Positions 40,331-53,710 of a stretch of 64,000 nucleotides of DNA are shown one piece after another. Position numbers and translations under genes: made by a program. The stretch is from NCBI RefSeq assembly GCF_009834535.1, contig NC_045696.1:22198001-22262000 (forward strand). Direction: 5' to 3'. How positions within the stretch are numbered: the stretch's first letter is position 1; each line of letters starts with the position of its first letter. The notes beneath the pieces are model-generated. The model was given only the letters and a program-made list of their open reading frames with translations. It had not been told where the DNA came from and ran no database searches. This DNA comes from Camelus ferus (Eukaryota).

Positions 40331-41980
40331 ATATTTGGAGTTTATTAAAAGTATTTTTCTAGGAAGTCATGTCTAGGAGTATAATTATTAGATAAAAGGC
40401 TAGAAACATCTTTAAGAAAAACCAATCTTATTAAAGTAAATTTTGCAGCTCAAAACCCTTTTACACTGGCAATATTTTAAAAGTAAACTAATAGTTGTCA
40501 AAATTTGAGAACTGCTATGAGTCCATCATTCATACCAGGTGAGAATGAAATGGGACAGGGTGAGGGTGTGGCAAGTGAAGTATATGGTGGACAGGAACAA
40601 AAAATCTAATTTACCAAGTAAATTAATATAGTGGTAAATTTACTAATACATGAAAAGAAAAACATCCCATTATACAGAAGATATTTTATAAATATAACTC
40701 AAATATAAATATTTGATGCTTATTAATTATGCTTTCATATAGCAACGAGTAATAATATCAGCTTTTGGAAGCTCCAGGAAATGCACTGAACTGGGAATCT
40801 GCTGACCTGAAACTTTAGCACTGGGTCTATCATTTATCAGCCCTTGGGTGGGTCACTTAGCTTAGATATTTTCAAAAGGAGGTTGTTGAAGGAAATAAGT
40901 TCTAAAGGCCCCTTCCAGATTTGTGCTAAAAATTCTATTCAGGCCTTTCTGTGGTTTTTTTCTTTCAGTGTTATTTTGAGATAACTTCTATTTATTTCTT
41001 CTCTGTACATGGCAACTCCTCATAATTTGCATATTTTTATTAAAGAACATTACTATAGAATTGTTGTGGCTGTGTTCAAGGAAAGAGAGGCTTCAGAAAT
41101 GGTTTTCCCTTCCACCATCCGGGACCAGTAAAGAAGGCATTTAGTGTGTCTCCATCTTTGATTATGGGTACTTCTATTTTTGATTCTTTCTGCCATCCTC
41201 CAATATGTGGTCTCTGACAGATTACATGCCGGAAATACCTCTACAGATTTCTAGAGAAAGCTAGAGTATTGGAGGATATATAAGTAAACTAAAATAGGCG
41301 CAAGATTCTAAATAAAAATAACTAGTCCAACTGACCTTTCGCTAGCTACATCTGAAACGCTCCCTAGATACCCTAGATATTTTTGTAAGTCTGACTTACT
41401 GGAAGAGCTATTGTGCTTATAAGGCTCTTAGTCCAAAAAGAGCGTCATTTAGGCTATCTCCTTTTAGCGTATAAAGCCAGAATTCAAAAAGATTTGGAAC
41501 ATGAATGAAATTTTACAAAGTCTTAAAAAATGCTTTGTCTTTCAGCTGTGATAGAATGAGGTTCTCCTACCTTATTCTGCCCCAGGCAGGTCCCAGACGA
41601 CAGATCCTCCCATAAAGGACTCCACTATCATGCAGAGTTTAAGAGAAGGGAAGTCTCTCCTCTGACGTTCATAACCCTGGGTTCATGACCTTTTGAAATT
41701 TTCCTTCGTATTCTGTTAACTTTAGTCCAGAACATACATACCATCAGACCAAAAGACCTGCTAATCTTTACTAGTGTGTGTGAGGTCACTCTGAGATACA
41801 AGCTTCATATAGTTAAAGAAAGTTCCAGGTATGGTCTCATGGTCTCCAATTACCTTAGCACAGGTTTAAGGAATTTGATCTAAACGTCGGGACCATCTTA
41901 ACCATAATTAGCCAGAATTTAAGCTCCCTCCTTCAACACCTTCATACCTACAGACACAGGTTTTGACCCAAGTCCATTCC

Positions 41981-41983
41981 TAT

Positions 41984-42014
<31 letters not shown>

Positions 42015-42138
42015 TTTGGTGGGAGGAGGTAATTAGGTTTATTTACTTATTTATTTTTTGATGACGGTACTGGGGATTGAACCCAGGACCTCGTTCATGC
42101 TAGGCATGTGCTCTACCACTGAGCTATACCCTCCTCCT
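41981..42138 (-). mobile_element. Vic-1-type SINE with (TTTA)n tail
   Basis: (ttta)n, gaggtaattaggttt, gtactggggattgaacccaggacctcgttcatgctaggcatgtgctctaccactgagctataccctcc. Confidence 0.9.
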
Positions 42139-44394
42139 TCTTTTAGTTTTAAGTAGAAGTTATATCACTAATGGCCAACTGAATTGCCAACTTGGCTTGG
42201 GTCTCTTAAGTATCACCCTTTAGAAACCTTGACCAGTTTGTCCTAATCTCCTTTTAGCTGAGCCTCTGTATCAATATGCAACTCTGTTACTCTGCTTGCT
42301 TTCCTTATCTGTTCTTTTTTATAATTCTTTCCATCCTTGATGTTTCCTAAGGCTGTTAACTCGCGTTGTATTCTCTTAGGGTTCCCTCTGAACCCTTAAA
42401 CTTTGTATTTCACAGATTTTTAAACTCAGGCCCCAATTTTAACCTACAGACTGTAAAACTCTTCACTCTTGAAGAGATGTGTGAATTTTTTCAGTTTCAA
42501 ATGGTCCATTCTGAATCTTTTTACTATGTGGTATTGAAACTGGAAATAAATAAGTAAATAAATAAGTTATTTATACTGAAATTCTCAAACATAGTTACTG
42601 CTTCCTGTTGAAATTTTCCAAATTCAGACATTTTTGAAATCGTGTGAAATAAATCTCATCTTCCCTTTATTGTCACCTTAATCAAGTGCTGACTAGTCTA
42701 TCATACTTGGGAGTGGTTAAGCAGCACAAACAAATGTCTTTAGCTTCACTCTGTCTTAGATGGCAGTAATGTAGAGAAATGTACAAAATGAAAACAATAT
42801 CGAGTGAATTTTTTAAAAAAACTAGAATTATTAATACTGCCATGTTGCTCTCACCAGGTCTCTATGAGAATGGATATTTAATATATTTCAGTTGTTGCTG
42901 GAGACTGCATTGATTACTGTACATTAAATTTCCAAAGTAATTCTGGCAGTGTTCTAGTGTATTTGGAATTCATAAACATTATTTCATTAAAAAAGAATAC
43001 AAGTTGACATCTGTGAGTGCTATGTCACACTTGAGTAAAAATAAAGTCAGCTGCTGCCTGGCTGCAGCAGAACTTTTATTTGACACTTTCAAATACTTGG
43101 CTTAAAATGAAGTAGTGTGCTGGCCAACAAAAAGCAAAAGAGCGTGGAAAGCAGTGGGGTGATGAAATTGGTAAGAGCAAGACATTTTCAATCCAACTGT
43201 TTTACTTTATAGTCTAAGACTATAAAAGCAACAAACTGTAAAACTATAATAAACCATTTACCATTGAATTCTACATGATTCTACAATGTGTCATGATCTA
43301 TCCTTTTCTCAAGAAAAAATTTTCGGTTCCATATTTCAGCCAAAGAACCACAATGCCAAAGTAACAATCATCTATTTAGTGGACTTAATACATTCTACTA
43401 TTCAGATTTCCATCATCTTCTTAGTATAACACTGATCTTTCTACAATTATCATAACATGTACACTTGATACACTTTATGTCTCCATTTTTCTCAAATGGT
43501 GTATGGGAGCTGGGGCAAGGCCTTATGTTTCTCTGCATCATCTCTCTCTCTTTTCATTTCTGCTTCCTTTGTCTTCCTGATCTATGCCATTCATGTCACT
43601 TTCTGCACATGCATTCCCTTTTCCATATCCTTGACAAATCAAGTTCTCAAACTTTAAAGAGTATAAACTGAGAAACTTTTTCAAAATGCTGATTCCCAAG
43701 CCTCCCAACCACCTCTTTCCAATTCTGATTCAGTAACTGGTCATCTACACTGTCATGAGCACCACCCTCCCTGTCCCGTGATTCTGACACAGGTGGTCCA
43801 GGGAGCACACATTGAGAAAATACTGCTCCGTTATATATAGTACACGTCTTCTTGCTTGCCCTTGGGCTCAAAATAATATTTTTTGAAAATCTGTTTTAAT
43901 TCAGAAGGATAAGTATCCTTGCATTGACACAGATCTAAACTAGAAAACGGCTCGGGAGGAATGGGAAACTCTAAAATAGTCTGTCCATGTAATCAAAAAT
44001 AGGGAAAAAAGGGGGGAGGGGGAAATGCATAGGAAACCAAAGAGACTGCACTAGGTGCTGCCTGATGGATCAGCTGCAAATAAAAAAGACATTGGCTGAA
44101 ACCCTTAACAACGTTGAAGGAAGTCTAACTGTCAGGATAAGCTGATAGTTCTCAAGCAGCTGTTTACCTAAGTTCAGAGAAAGTGTTCAGATCCCTGCTC
44201 AGCACAGCTGGAGACAGACAGCAAAACCTTCAAAATTTCATTTCGTACATTCTTTGCTCCAAGGAAAGCAACCTTAAACAAGAAAGAGCAAAGCAACACC
44301 ATGGAGGGGGTGGGTGGTGGGGGTTAAAGAAAAAGAAAGAATGGTAACTTTGAGGGGATTCATTTCTCTGATAGAGAGTCATTTATAGATTGAG

Positions 44395-44800
44395 AGTACA
44401 CCATCGATCATCTTTGAAGAAATATTTAAAATAAGAGAAGTACCAAGAATTTGCAAATAAAATATATATCCTGATTTCGAAAGAAGGAAAAAAGTGGATT
44501 CTGAAGACTACAGACCTGAGCTCTTTCAAGATTTTAGAACAGAGTTTTTAACAGCTCGTCAGCTCTAAGAGATGGAAAAGATGAAAACTTTGAGCTAGGT
44601 TAGGTACACCAAGGACATGAATGCCAAGCTCCTTGTTTTCTTTTATGATAGATGGGAAGACACTATAGAAGTTGCAACTAATGATTTCAGCAAGGTGACA
44701 AACTAAAGATATTCTTATGAATAAGATTTTTTTAAAGTTGTTCTGTTAGGTAATTCAGAGTTAGTTGACTAATTTCTCTTATGCATGATTAACGGAGTGA
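44395..44800 (+). mobile_element. L3/CR1 LINE reverse-transcriptase remnant
   Basis: Decayed CR1 RT motifs in the expected order: atcatctttgaa (IIFE), gaagtacca (EVP), aaagaaggaaaaaagtggattctgaagactacagacc (KKGKK.D..NYRP-like), aagattttagaacag (KILEQ), gatttcagcaagg (DFSK). Confidence 0.7.
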
Positions 44801-44827
44801 GGTCTCCTGGGCTTTTTCGGTGATTTT

Positions 44828-46510
44828 CATTAATTCAACAAATATTTATTGAACATTTTACCATGTGCCAGGAACTGCTGTAGGTAGTGGGAAGCCAGTG
44901 GTGAATAAATCAAAGTCCCTGATCTCAAGAGACTTGGTAAAAGGAGACAGATAGTAGACAAGTAAACACATATATTCTATATCAGGTAGTGGTGAGAGGA
45001 AGAAAAAGAAAAAGCAGGTTAAAAGGGGGAAAAAGTAGGGAGGGGTTTCTTTTAAAGGCTGGTCAGAGAGGCTAGTAGGATCTAGTGATAACAAATTTTT
45101 AGAGACCTGAAGGAAGTGATGAAATAAGCTGTATAAACATCCAGGGGAAGAAAATTCCAGGTAGCAGGACAGCAAGCATATGAGCCCTGAGATGGAAGCA
45201 TGCTTGACCAAGAGGCCCCATGATAGGCAGAATAACAGTCCCCCAGAGATGTCCATGTCTTAACTCCCAGAACCTGTGAATTTGCTATATTATATTCCAT
45301 GGCAAAGGAACTTTGCAGATGGAATTAAAGTCCCAGAACTTAAAACAGATTATCCTGGATTATCCAGGTAGGTCCCATCTAATAACATGAGCCATTAAAG
45401 GCAGAGAACTTTCTCAGGCAGCAAGAGAGATTTGGCTGAGAAAGAAATTAGAGAGATTCCAAATGTGAGAATAATACCACACGTTGTTGCTGGCTCTAAG
45501 ATGTAGGGTCCCCTCAACAAGGACCAGGGAGAGGCCTTAGGGAGCTAAAAGCAGCCCTAGCAGACAGCCAGCAAGGAAACAGGGACCTCAACCCTATAAA
45601 CATAAAGCATGAGATTCTGCCAACAACCAGAAAAACCAGCTGAACCAACCCAACTTCTGACCTACAGAACTATGAAATACTGAATTTGTATTGCTTTCAG
45701 CTGTTAAATTTATGGCAATTTGTGGTCTTTTGTTATGGCAGCAATAGAAAACTAACAGACCACGACAATGGATTGAAATGAGAGGAAAGTGTAATAGGAG
45801 ATGAAACAACAGAGGTAGGAAGGGTGGATTAGAAGAAGGTAAATGAGGGGGCAGCTCGTGTGGGACCTTGTAGAACAGTGTAAGGTCTTTATCTTTCACT
45901 ATGGATGAAATGGGAAGTCAGTGAGGATTTGAGGCAGGCATAACATAATCAAACTTATGTTATAAAAGGATCACTTTGAGTGACCCTGTATAAGAATCCA
46001 GTTAGATGGATGTTGCAATAGTTCACACAACAGTATAAATTTAGGAAAATTGTAAGAGAGAGAAGATGGTCAGATTCTGGGTACATTAGGCTGGACTATA
46101 AAAAAATTGCCATTTGAGTGGGTCAAAAAAGTAGAAAATCAAAGGATAAGTCAAGAGGATTTGCTCATAAATGCCATGCTTGGGAGAAGGGAGTCTTTGT
46201 TGACTCCAAAACCATTGACCTGAGCCAAGGGTAGAAGAGTGATACTGAGATAACAAACAATGGAGCAACTCTAGAGGGTGGTTTGAGACCAGGGGCAGGG
46301 AAAGGTTCAACTTGGGACATACTATGTATTAAATGCCTATCAGACTCCAAGTGGAGATGTTTATTACGCTGTTAGCTACACAAGTCTAGAGTTCAGAGGC
46401 TTGTCTGAAGCTGGAACTATTAGTTAGGGAGCCCTCTCACAGCAACGGTGTTCAAAGCCATAAGATGATGAGTTCAAACACCACAGAAAAGAGCGTAAAG
46501 AGAGAAGAAT
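44828..46510 (-). mobile_element. L2 LINE 3' region interrupted by an MLT1 LTR
   Basis: cattaattcaacaaatatttattgaaca...atgtgccagg L2 tail; later aaaggatcacttt and tcagactccaagtggagatgt L2 motifs. Confidence 0.75.
45219..45757 (+). mobile_element. MaLR solo LTR (MLT1D/E-like)
   Basis: aggcagaataa...agatgtccatgtcttaactcccagaacctgtgaat...gattatcctggattatccaggtagg...gcagcaatagaaaactaaca. Confidence 0.85.
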
Positions 46511-46976
46511 GGTGCCTCTTGGCTTAGCTCTTTTTGAAAATCTCTCTTAGATTATATTTTTTTAACCTGATTTGTAAATACAAATATATGAGTAATCCTA
46601 CAAACCAACATTTTAAAAAATATTTAGTTATGTATTTAATCAATTATCTGTCATAAAAATAATGAAATTGAATAAAATCTGTACCATCACAGAAAATCCA
46701 AAATAGTCATCACTTAATTTGCACTCAGTTTTCCAAATTAAACACAGATCATAGAGCTGAAAAAGCCCAATGAAATCAGCATAAGCTACACACCCATATC
46801 AAAAGACTAGTAAATAATATAACCCTAAGATGTTTTAACATCCTTACAATTATGTACACTTTTCCATAACATTTATGCTAAACATCTGGTGAGGAGTATT
46901 ATTTTTCAATTCATTTTCGTACCTCAACACCATGAGAATTTAGTATTTACATGTCTGCAGTTGAAAACAAAAGCAA

Positions 46977-47535
46977 CACCTGCACCCCAATGTCCACAGC
47001 AGCACTATTTACAATAGCCAAGACATGGAAGCAACCTAAATGTCCATCAACAGATGACTGGATAAATAAGTTGTGGTATATTTATACAATGGAATACTAC
47101 TCAGCCACAAAAAAGTAATAAAATAATACCATTTGCAGCAACATGGATGGCCCTGGAGAATGTCATTCTAGATGAAGCAAGCCAGAAAGAGAAAGAAAAA
47201 TACCATATGATATCACTTGTATGTAGAATCTTGAAAAAAAAAAAAAGACAAATGAACATATTTATAAAACAGACTCACAGACATAGAAAACAAACTTATG
47301 GTTACCAGTGGGGGAGAAGGTGGGAAGGGATAAATTGGGAGTTCGAGATTTGCAAATACTTATAGCACAGGGAACTATATTTGATATCTTATAGTAGTTT
47401 ACAGTGAAAAAGAACATAAAAATGAATATACGTATATTCATATATGACTGAAGCACTGTGCTGTACACCAGAAATTGACACAACATTGTAAAATGACTAT
47501 ACTTCACTTAAAGGTAAAAAATAAAAATATAATAA
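46977..47535 (+). mobile_element. Younger LINE-1 3' end
   Basis: cacctgcaccccaatgtccacagcagcactatttacaatagccaagacatgg to gactatacttc plus A tail; probable TSD aacaaaagcaa / aacagaagcaa. Confidence 0.9.
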
Positions 47536-48887
47536 AATAACAGAAGCAAAACAAAACAAAAAATTACCAACCCAGCAACTTTATTCTACTCTCAGCTTCC
47601 TTCCATTACATACTGTCTCCATTGTGTGTCAGTTTGTTGCTCATGATATAGGTCATTGCTAGCTTATTACTCTCACTAACTTTCCTTCTGAAAAAAAATG
47701 TATTGGTGAGCACTTTAAGCTAGTATGAAAACACTAAAAAAAAAAACAAACGCTTTCTCTGTCATAAATCTTTCTCTCTGTATCATGACTATCTCATTCT
47801 TTGTCTTATTCCCTCTCTGAGAAAGAGATAAAAGCTCTTATTTATACACCTATATGCTATATAAATATCTATATGTATTACAAACATACATCTAAATGTA
47901 CACCTATATATATACTTCATATATATAAAACTTTCTGTATCAAGAAGAGTTGTTGAAACCTTCCTATAAGATTAGAAAAAAAACCTGACCTGCTGCAATT
48001 ACCTAAAGCGCTAAAGCACCAAAGCACCTAAAGCACTCCTGTAAGCACAATTACAAAATATTTTTGCCAATCACATCACAAACAATTATTAATGTACTAA
48101 CTTTAGTTCCATGTTTTGAGCTTCTCCTAGGCTGGGTGTGGGATGGGAACATGCTCTGTATGGTAACATCTCATTGGGTCATCTGCTGACAAAGCAGATT
48201 TTTAAAGCTTACCCATAATCACCCTAATTAAGCCATCAAGTGTCAGGACTTGCTGTGTGAATTTGATTAGTTCTAGCCATCTCTGTGGTGCAACTGATGT
48301 TGCTGCATCAAAGGAGTGACTCTGCCTTGGAAGCAATTGCTTTATGCTTATGGCCTCTCCCCCTCCACCTGCCTGGACTGAAAAAGTAGTAAGGAAGGTT
48401 TTGGATGCTGCCCTCAAAGTCCACGAAACTCCCTTTCAGCTGGGAGCCCAATAACATCCAAACCCTTTTACATACCTACATCACATGCTATTGCCTTTAC
48501 ACCTTTTTGTGGCACTTCATTTATAATACAACTTGTAATACGTAAGGTAGATTGCTCACGTTTCTATCTTCCACTAGATAGTGAGCAACTTATTTGTTCA
48601 TCTTTTGATCCTCCTCTCTAATAGATACACTGTCCCAGTTACTCGAGAACAAATATTTGACGTGGTTAAGCAGAAGAGGGCAACTGAAAACCAACATCCA
48701 ATCTTCCCTTCCCCATCCCCACCCATTCCTACCAGCACACAACTGACTGAAAAGAGCAAAGAAAAACAAAAACAAGAGTATTTGTTTTCTTATCGAAAGC
48801 ATGTTTTATGATGTTCACTAAGGGATTTAAATTTTTAAACCTATGTACCATAATGCATTAGAGGAAATACTACTGAATGAAGGTCAT

Positions 48888-49326
48888 TGGAATGGTTAAT
48901 CTTACATGTCAACTTGGCTAGACGATGGTGCCCAATTGTTTGGTCAAACACTAGTCTAGATGTTGCTGTGATTGGTATTTTGTAGATGTGATTAACATTT
49001 ACAATTACTGGAGTTTAAAGGAAATTACCCTCAATAATGTGGGTGGGCCTCAATCAGTTGAAGGTCTTAAGAGTAAAAAATGATATTTGCCAGAGTAAAA
49101 GGAATGCTACTCCTCAAGATCGTAACATAAAAATCCTCCCTCTGGATTTTGGACTCAAGACTGCAACTTCAACTCTTGCTCAAGTTTCCAGCTTGCCGGA
49201 CTGCCCTACAGATTTCAGACTTGCCAGCTCCCACAATCGTATGAGCCAATTCCTTAATATAAATCTCTTTCTCCATATATATATATCCTCTTGGTTCTGT
49301 TTCTCTAGAGAACCCTGACTAACACA
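48888..49326 (+). mobile_element. ERVL solo LTR (MLT2-type)
   Basis: atggttaatcttacatgtcaacttggcta...tggtcaaacactagtctagatgttgctgtg...ggttctgtttctctagagaaccctgactaacaca. Confidence 0.88.
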
Positions 49327-51929
49327 GTAGTGTTTCTAAGCAGTCATTTCTTTTACAATATTTCTGAATGTTTAGCTAAATGAATATATCTATATTCTTA
49401 CTTCTGTTACACTGAATAAGGGTAGGAGTTAATATAATACTTACTAATAGATGTCTGTTTCCCTGCTGGTATGAAGAACAAGAGAGTGTTGTCAAAGGAA
49501 CCCGACAACAATGGCACCTCTCCTGGCAAGCAGAGGAATCATATACCAGAGGATTACAATATGAAGCTCTATTTGAGTCCAGAGAGTACAGCCTAAGTAA
49601 TATAGTGCATACATTTTCCTAAGCTAGTTCATACAAATTAACAAATCCTAACCAATTGCCAACAAAGAATCTGAGAAGTCTATCAAAACATTTTCTTCCA
49701 AAAAAGATTGGACATAGTTGGGGCAGGGAGGAGGACTTTAAGAGTTAACGCAACTCAAAATAAGAGGTTGGTGTGCCCATTTTCCATTGCCTCATTCATA
49801 AGAGAGTTTGTGTTGTGACTCCTGGAAGTCAGTTTAATTTCATGATGTAATGGAGAAAATAACGAAGATTACAAATTTTCTTTATGCTTATTTTTCTTAA
49901 ACCATTGCCAGTTTGTGGATATTTAAGAAATTGAAGCAAAGAAAGTAAATTTAGTTTCTTTTAATTTAGCCAAATAGTCAGGTCCTGGAAATTTTTGAAG
50001 AAATATACTGAAGTGTTTTTAGATTTAAAAAGTCTTAAATCTCACTTGGTAGACCTCCAATGGCCCCCAAAGGCTGCATACTTTCAACTGATATTACATA
50101 ACAGAACTCTCTATCCTCTATAAAAGTGATGGTTTTGTATTCAGATTCAAACTTGACACATGGATTGAGAAGATGGAACCTGTGACTTCTGTTTTCAATG
50201 CTGAACTTCTCTAAGCTCAAAGGAATAACAGATTTGAAAGAGTTACACAGTTATATAGTGGAAAATAAGTCCTAATTTTGGAACCCATTGACAGATTTTG
50301 GTGACTGTGGAGTTGGGGTCTCTGTGACTTTTGGATACAACCATATGATGTGTGTATAAGCCCCTGCCCTATTCAGGTGGCTCATTTTCAAAACAGCTTG
50401 TGTTAAAAGCAAGCTATACCTATTAATACAACCTTAGTGAACATTTAGTGAACTTAACTGTGAAAAGAAATCAACTGTGAAAGGAAAAACACGTATTAAT
50501 GCATAACTGTTTGTATCAGCTCTACGTCCCTCTTCCTCCTCTCCTAAAGAGGAGGGTCCTGCATTGCTAGACCAATTCTTTTGAGCTTTTGTGATTTTGA
50601 ATCAGGAGGAAAGAGAGCTGACAGGAAAAATCTAAAAGTACAAAGCCAGGACTAGAGAAGAGTAAGGAGTTTTAAAAGACAGAGGTACACAAGCAGCTTC
50701 CTTGTGTGAGAACACTAGATGAGAAAGAAAAGTGTTTAAGATATGTTGTTACTTATTGTAAGATATGTTGTTTGTTATTTATCAGCTTCACAGTGTTCAG
50801 GCTATGATAATTTTTTTAAAAGTTATTTTGAAATTAGGTTTCAGTTACTTGCTTGTGCGTTTTGAATATGGTACTGCTCTTAAGACTGGACCATGTGGGT
50901 CACAGATTCATAAACATCACATAAAATACTTATGTTGAGCTATAGACATCTTTGGACAAATTTTGAGTAATGTTTGTCACTACCTCGCTATTTATGAAAT
51001 CAGAGAGAGAAAAGCCTTCATCAGTAAAATAACGTCAGATTATGAGATTAGAATGAAAACAATTTCAATTATCTCTTAGAACAGACTAAGGTGTAAATAT
51101 CAGTAGCCTCTTTAAATTGACCAGTAAGTAGCTCTCGGCAGAACAGTATACTTTTTTATTTACTTATTTTCTAACAATCAAAGTTTATTGCACTGGTTTA
51201 GGAACTGTTTTCTACTGCTAAAAATATTAGTGTTTTAAACTGCGAAAATGATATACTCACCATCCGTAATATAAATTTAGAATATTCATACAACCAGGCT
51301 GAAAACATGCTCCCAGGCCTAGTGGGCAGTGAAATTTCTGGTCAATGTATAACTTGAATAATCAGTTCTTGAGTAATTTCCAATGTCTTAGTTGGAACCA
51401 GTGAAAACCAGCTCTCTTTTAATCAAAAAAAAAAAAAAAAGTATAAATACCTTGTATTTTTCTGGCCTGTCTGATGTGTTAAAGTGCTTTCAGAAAACTA
51501 ACATCATGATGCCAATTCAATATAAAAGGTTGGAAAGATGTTCCTCCTTTTCTTCAGAAAGTTAGTGTACCTTTTCCGTATTTGCATTTGCTCAAAGATT
51601 AAGCTTTGAATCTGGAAGTGCTTGAGTAGAAGTGTCTGGGAAATAGAAAGCTTGGCCTCGCGAGGAGTCATTCAGCCGGCATCCCTGGAGCCCCTCCTTT
51701 GTGCAAGACACTGTACTCAGTGCCAGGCTGGGACACAGCAGTCACCAGGAGGGAATCCTTGTTCTGAGGGGAGCCACTGGCCAGGCCAGGAAGGGCCCAA
51801 CTAGGATTTTTGAACAAACTGAAGTATCACAGGGTGGCTGCACAGTTAACGTGCCCCTACTTCTTACAGCAAGAAGATCAGTCCACAAAAGCCAAGTCTC
51901 CCTTCCGTCTTACCCGTGTAGCCTCTCAC

Positions 51930-53710
51930 ACCCCCGCCCCCAAATCCCCGGGTCTAGACAAGCTGGAGCTGGAGCTGGAAAACTCGCCCTCCCTGCCGGC
52001 CGCAGGTAGGCAAGGAGGCAGGAGAGGGGGAAGCAGAGGCCCAGGCAGCAGAGGGGAAGTGTTCCACACGACCCCACAAGGCGCTGCAGCAGGTAGGGCG
52101 GGCCGGCGAGGGTTCGCTCGGCCCTCAGTGCCAACCTCTCGAGAGGAGGGAAGCCCGCGCCCTGTGGGCCTCGCCGTCTGAGTGGAGAGTCTGCGCGGCG
52201 CATGGCAGGGCTGAGGGTGCGTCGCGGCCCGTGCGGCGAGGCCAGCGCCTCGGGGGCGGGCCCTCGGCGAAGCCCCGCCCCCGGCTCCTCCCACCAGGAG
52301 AGCGAGCCGGTCCCGCGCGGCGCCAACCCTTTCCCAGGTCATAGCCCCTCCCCTCTTCCGGGCCGCGAGCCCCCCGCGCGCAGCTCCTGGGCCGCGCTCG
52401 CTCGCTCGCGCGCGTCCGCTTGCCCGCCCGCCCTCAGCGCGCGCTCGGTCGCCCGACGACGCGGGAGCAGCACGCGCCGGACGAGGCTTGGAGGTCTCTG
52501 CTGCCGAGCGTGACCCACTGAGGCGGCGCCCTCGGTTCCCGGCCCGGAGACGGTCGGGGCCGCCGATTTTGTGGCCTCAGAGCGGCGGCGGCGCCGGCGG
52601 TGAGAAGACTGGGCCGGGAGGAGGAGGATATGGCGGGGCTGAGGGCATCGGGAGGAGGGTGGTCCGAGCGCCCTGGCGGCCACGTCGAAGACTCGCGGGC
52701 GGGTGGCGAGCGGGGGAAGAGGGAGGAGTGCGGGATCCAACCGGCTTGCATCGGCTCCGGCTGGGCGTGAGGGAAGGGCCGGGGACTGAGGGGGGCGGCC
52801 CGCGAGGCTTTCCGCGGGACCCTCAGCGGCATCGTGACTGAGGAGACGCGCCTCGAGGCTCCTGCCACGTTTCCACCGCGAGTTACCTTTCGCTGGTGGT
52901 GGGCGACGGCTCTGCGCCTCCCCACCCCCTTTCCGCGCCCGGAGGGTTTCTGGAGCCGGGGATCCGGCCGGGTGTCTCGGGGGCTCGCGCCTGAGGGGAG
53001 CCCGGTCCTCGAGCCCAGGACTACCCGGAGGCCGGAACCTGCCCGGGGGCGGCGGACCGGGGGGCGGACCCTGCGAGGCTGAGGGGAGGAAGGGGATGGG
53101 GTTGCTGGGCCCGGCCCCCTTAACTCGGGAAAAAACCGCGATTTCAGAAGTTGGACGCGCATGCAGGCCGTTTTTCCAAGAGTAGGGTGGAGATGTTTGA
53201 TGCCTATTCACCTAGCACTTCAACCCAAGCGCGGGCTCTGAGCCGCGGGCTTGGATTGTTTTAAAACGTCCCCACTCCCGGCCCCGTGGGAATCCTATCT
53301 CTCGGGGTCCCGAGCCCGCTTGGCATCGCCGCCGAGGCTGGTCAAGGGCTCGTCACCCCTTCCGTCCCCCGCCCGCTGTCGGAATCCCCTCTTCCTCAAC
53401 CTTAGGAAGGTCTGTCAGGAGAACTACTTGTTTCTAGAAACGGTCGCGATTAGCTTTTCGTTACAAGGAAGGGAAAAGTACAAAGTTATGAACTCCTGGA
53501 AGGCAGGGCTTGGTTCCCCTTGGCGTCTGTGCACGCCGCCCTGAGCGGCGGAGCCAGTGAAACAAAGTAGAACTTGAGCAGCCGCCGCGGTGACTACGTC
53601 CCAGGATGACGTCACCGTGCGATATTTAAAATGGGAGCTTTTCGCTCGGAGTGTGGGTGGAGGAATTGTGGCGACTTACTCAAGACGCCTAAGGTCTACT
53701 TCGCCCTGCC
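51930..53710 (+). promoter_or_regulatory. BTG3: BTG3 CpG island / TATA-less promoter
   Basis: About 1.8 kb of very GC- and CpG-rich DNA; GC boxes ggggcgggc (~52252) and gccccgcccc (52272-52281); E2F-like ggcgccaa (52319-52326); lies 2-4 kb upstream of the BTG3 ATG exon. Confidence 0.9.
52400..52599 (+). other. BTG3: BTG3 non-coding exon 1 (start approximate)
   Basis: ATG-free GC-rich stretch ending in donor gcg|GTGAGA (GT at 52600-52601); exon 2 holds only 6 nt of 5' UTR after a splice acceptor, so an upstream exon is required. Confidence 0.65.

Noticed and set aside
41060..41230. SH3-like (DGD...GWWKG) reading of this minus-strand peptide, and AAV Rep-like (LSQ.K.K...PN.F) or bornavirus readings of the neighbouring ones
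   Set aside because: Only a few residues match and flanking motifs are missing; no family assignment is justified without a profile search.
48000..48050. Short degenerate repeat of ctaaagcac units as a CRISPR-like or functional array
   Set aside because: Four or five imperfect 8-10 bp units with no spacers in mammalian DNA; ordinary slippage.
51810..53544. Long overlapping ORFs (up to 290 aa) on both strands of the CpG island
   Set aside because: Pro/Arg/Gly/Ala-rich, in several frames at once, no recognisable domain; expected from stop-codon scarcity in GC-rich DNA.
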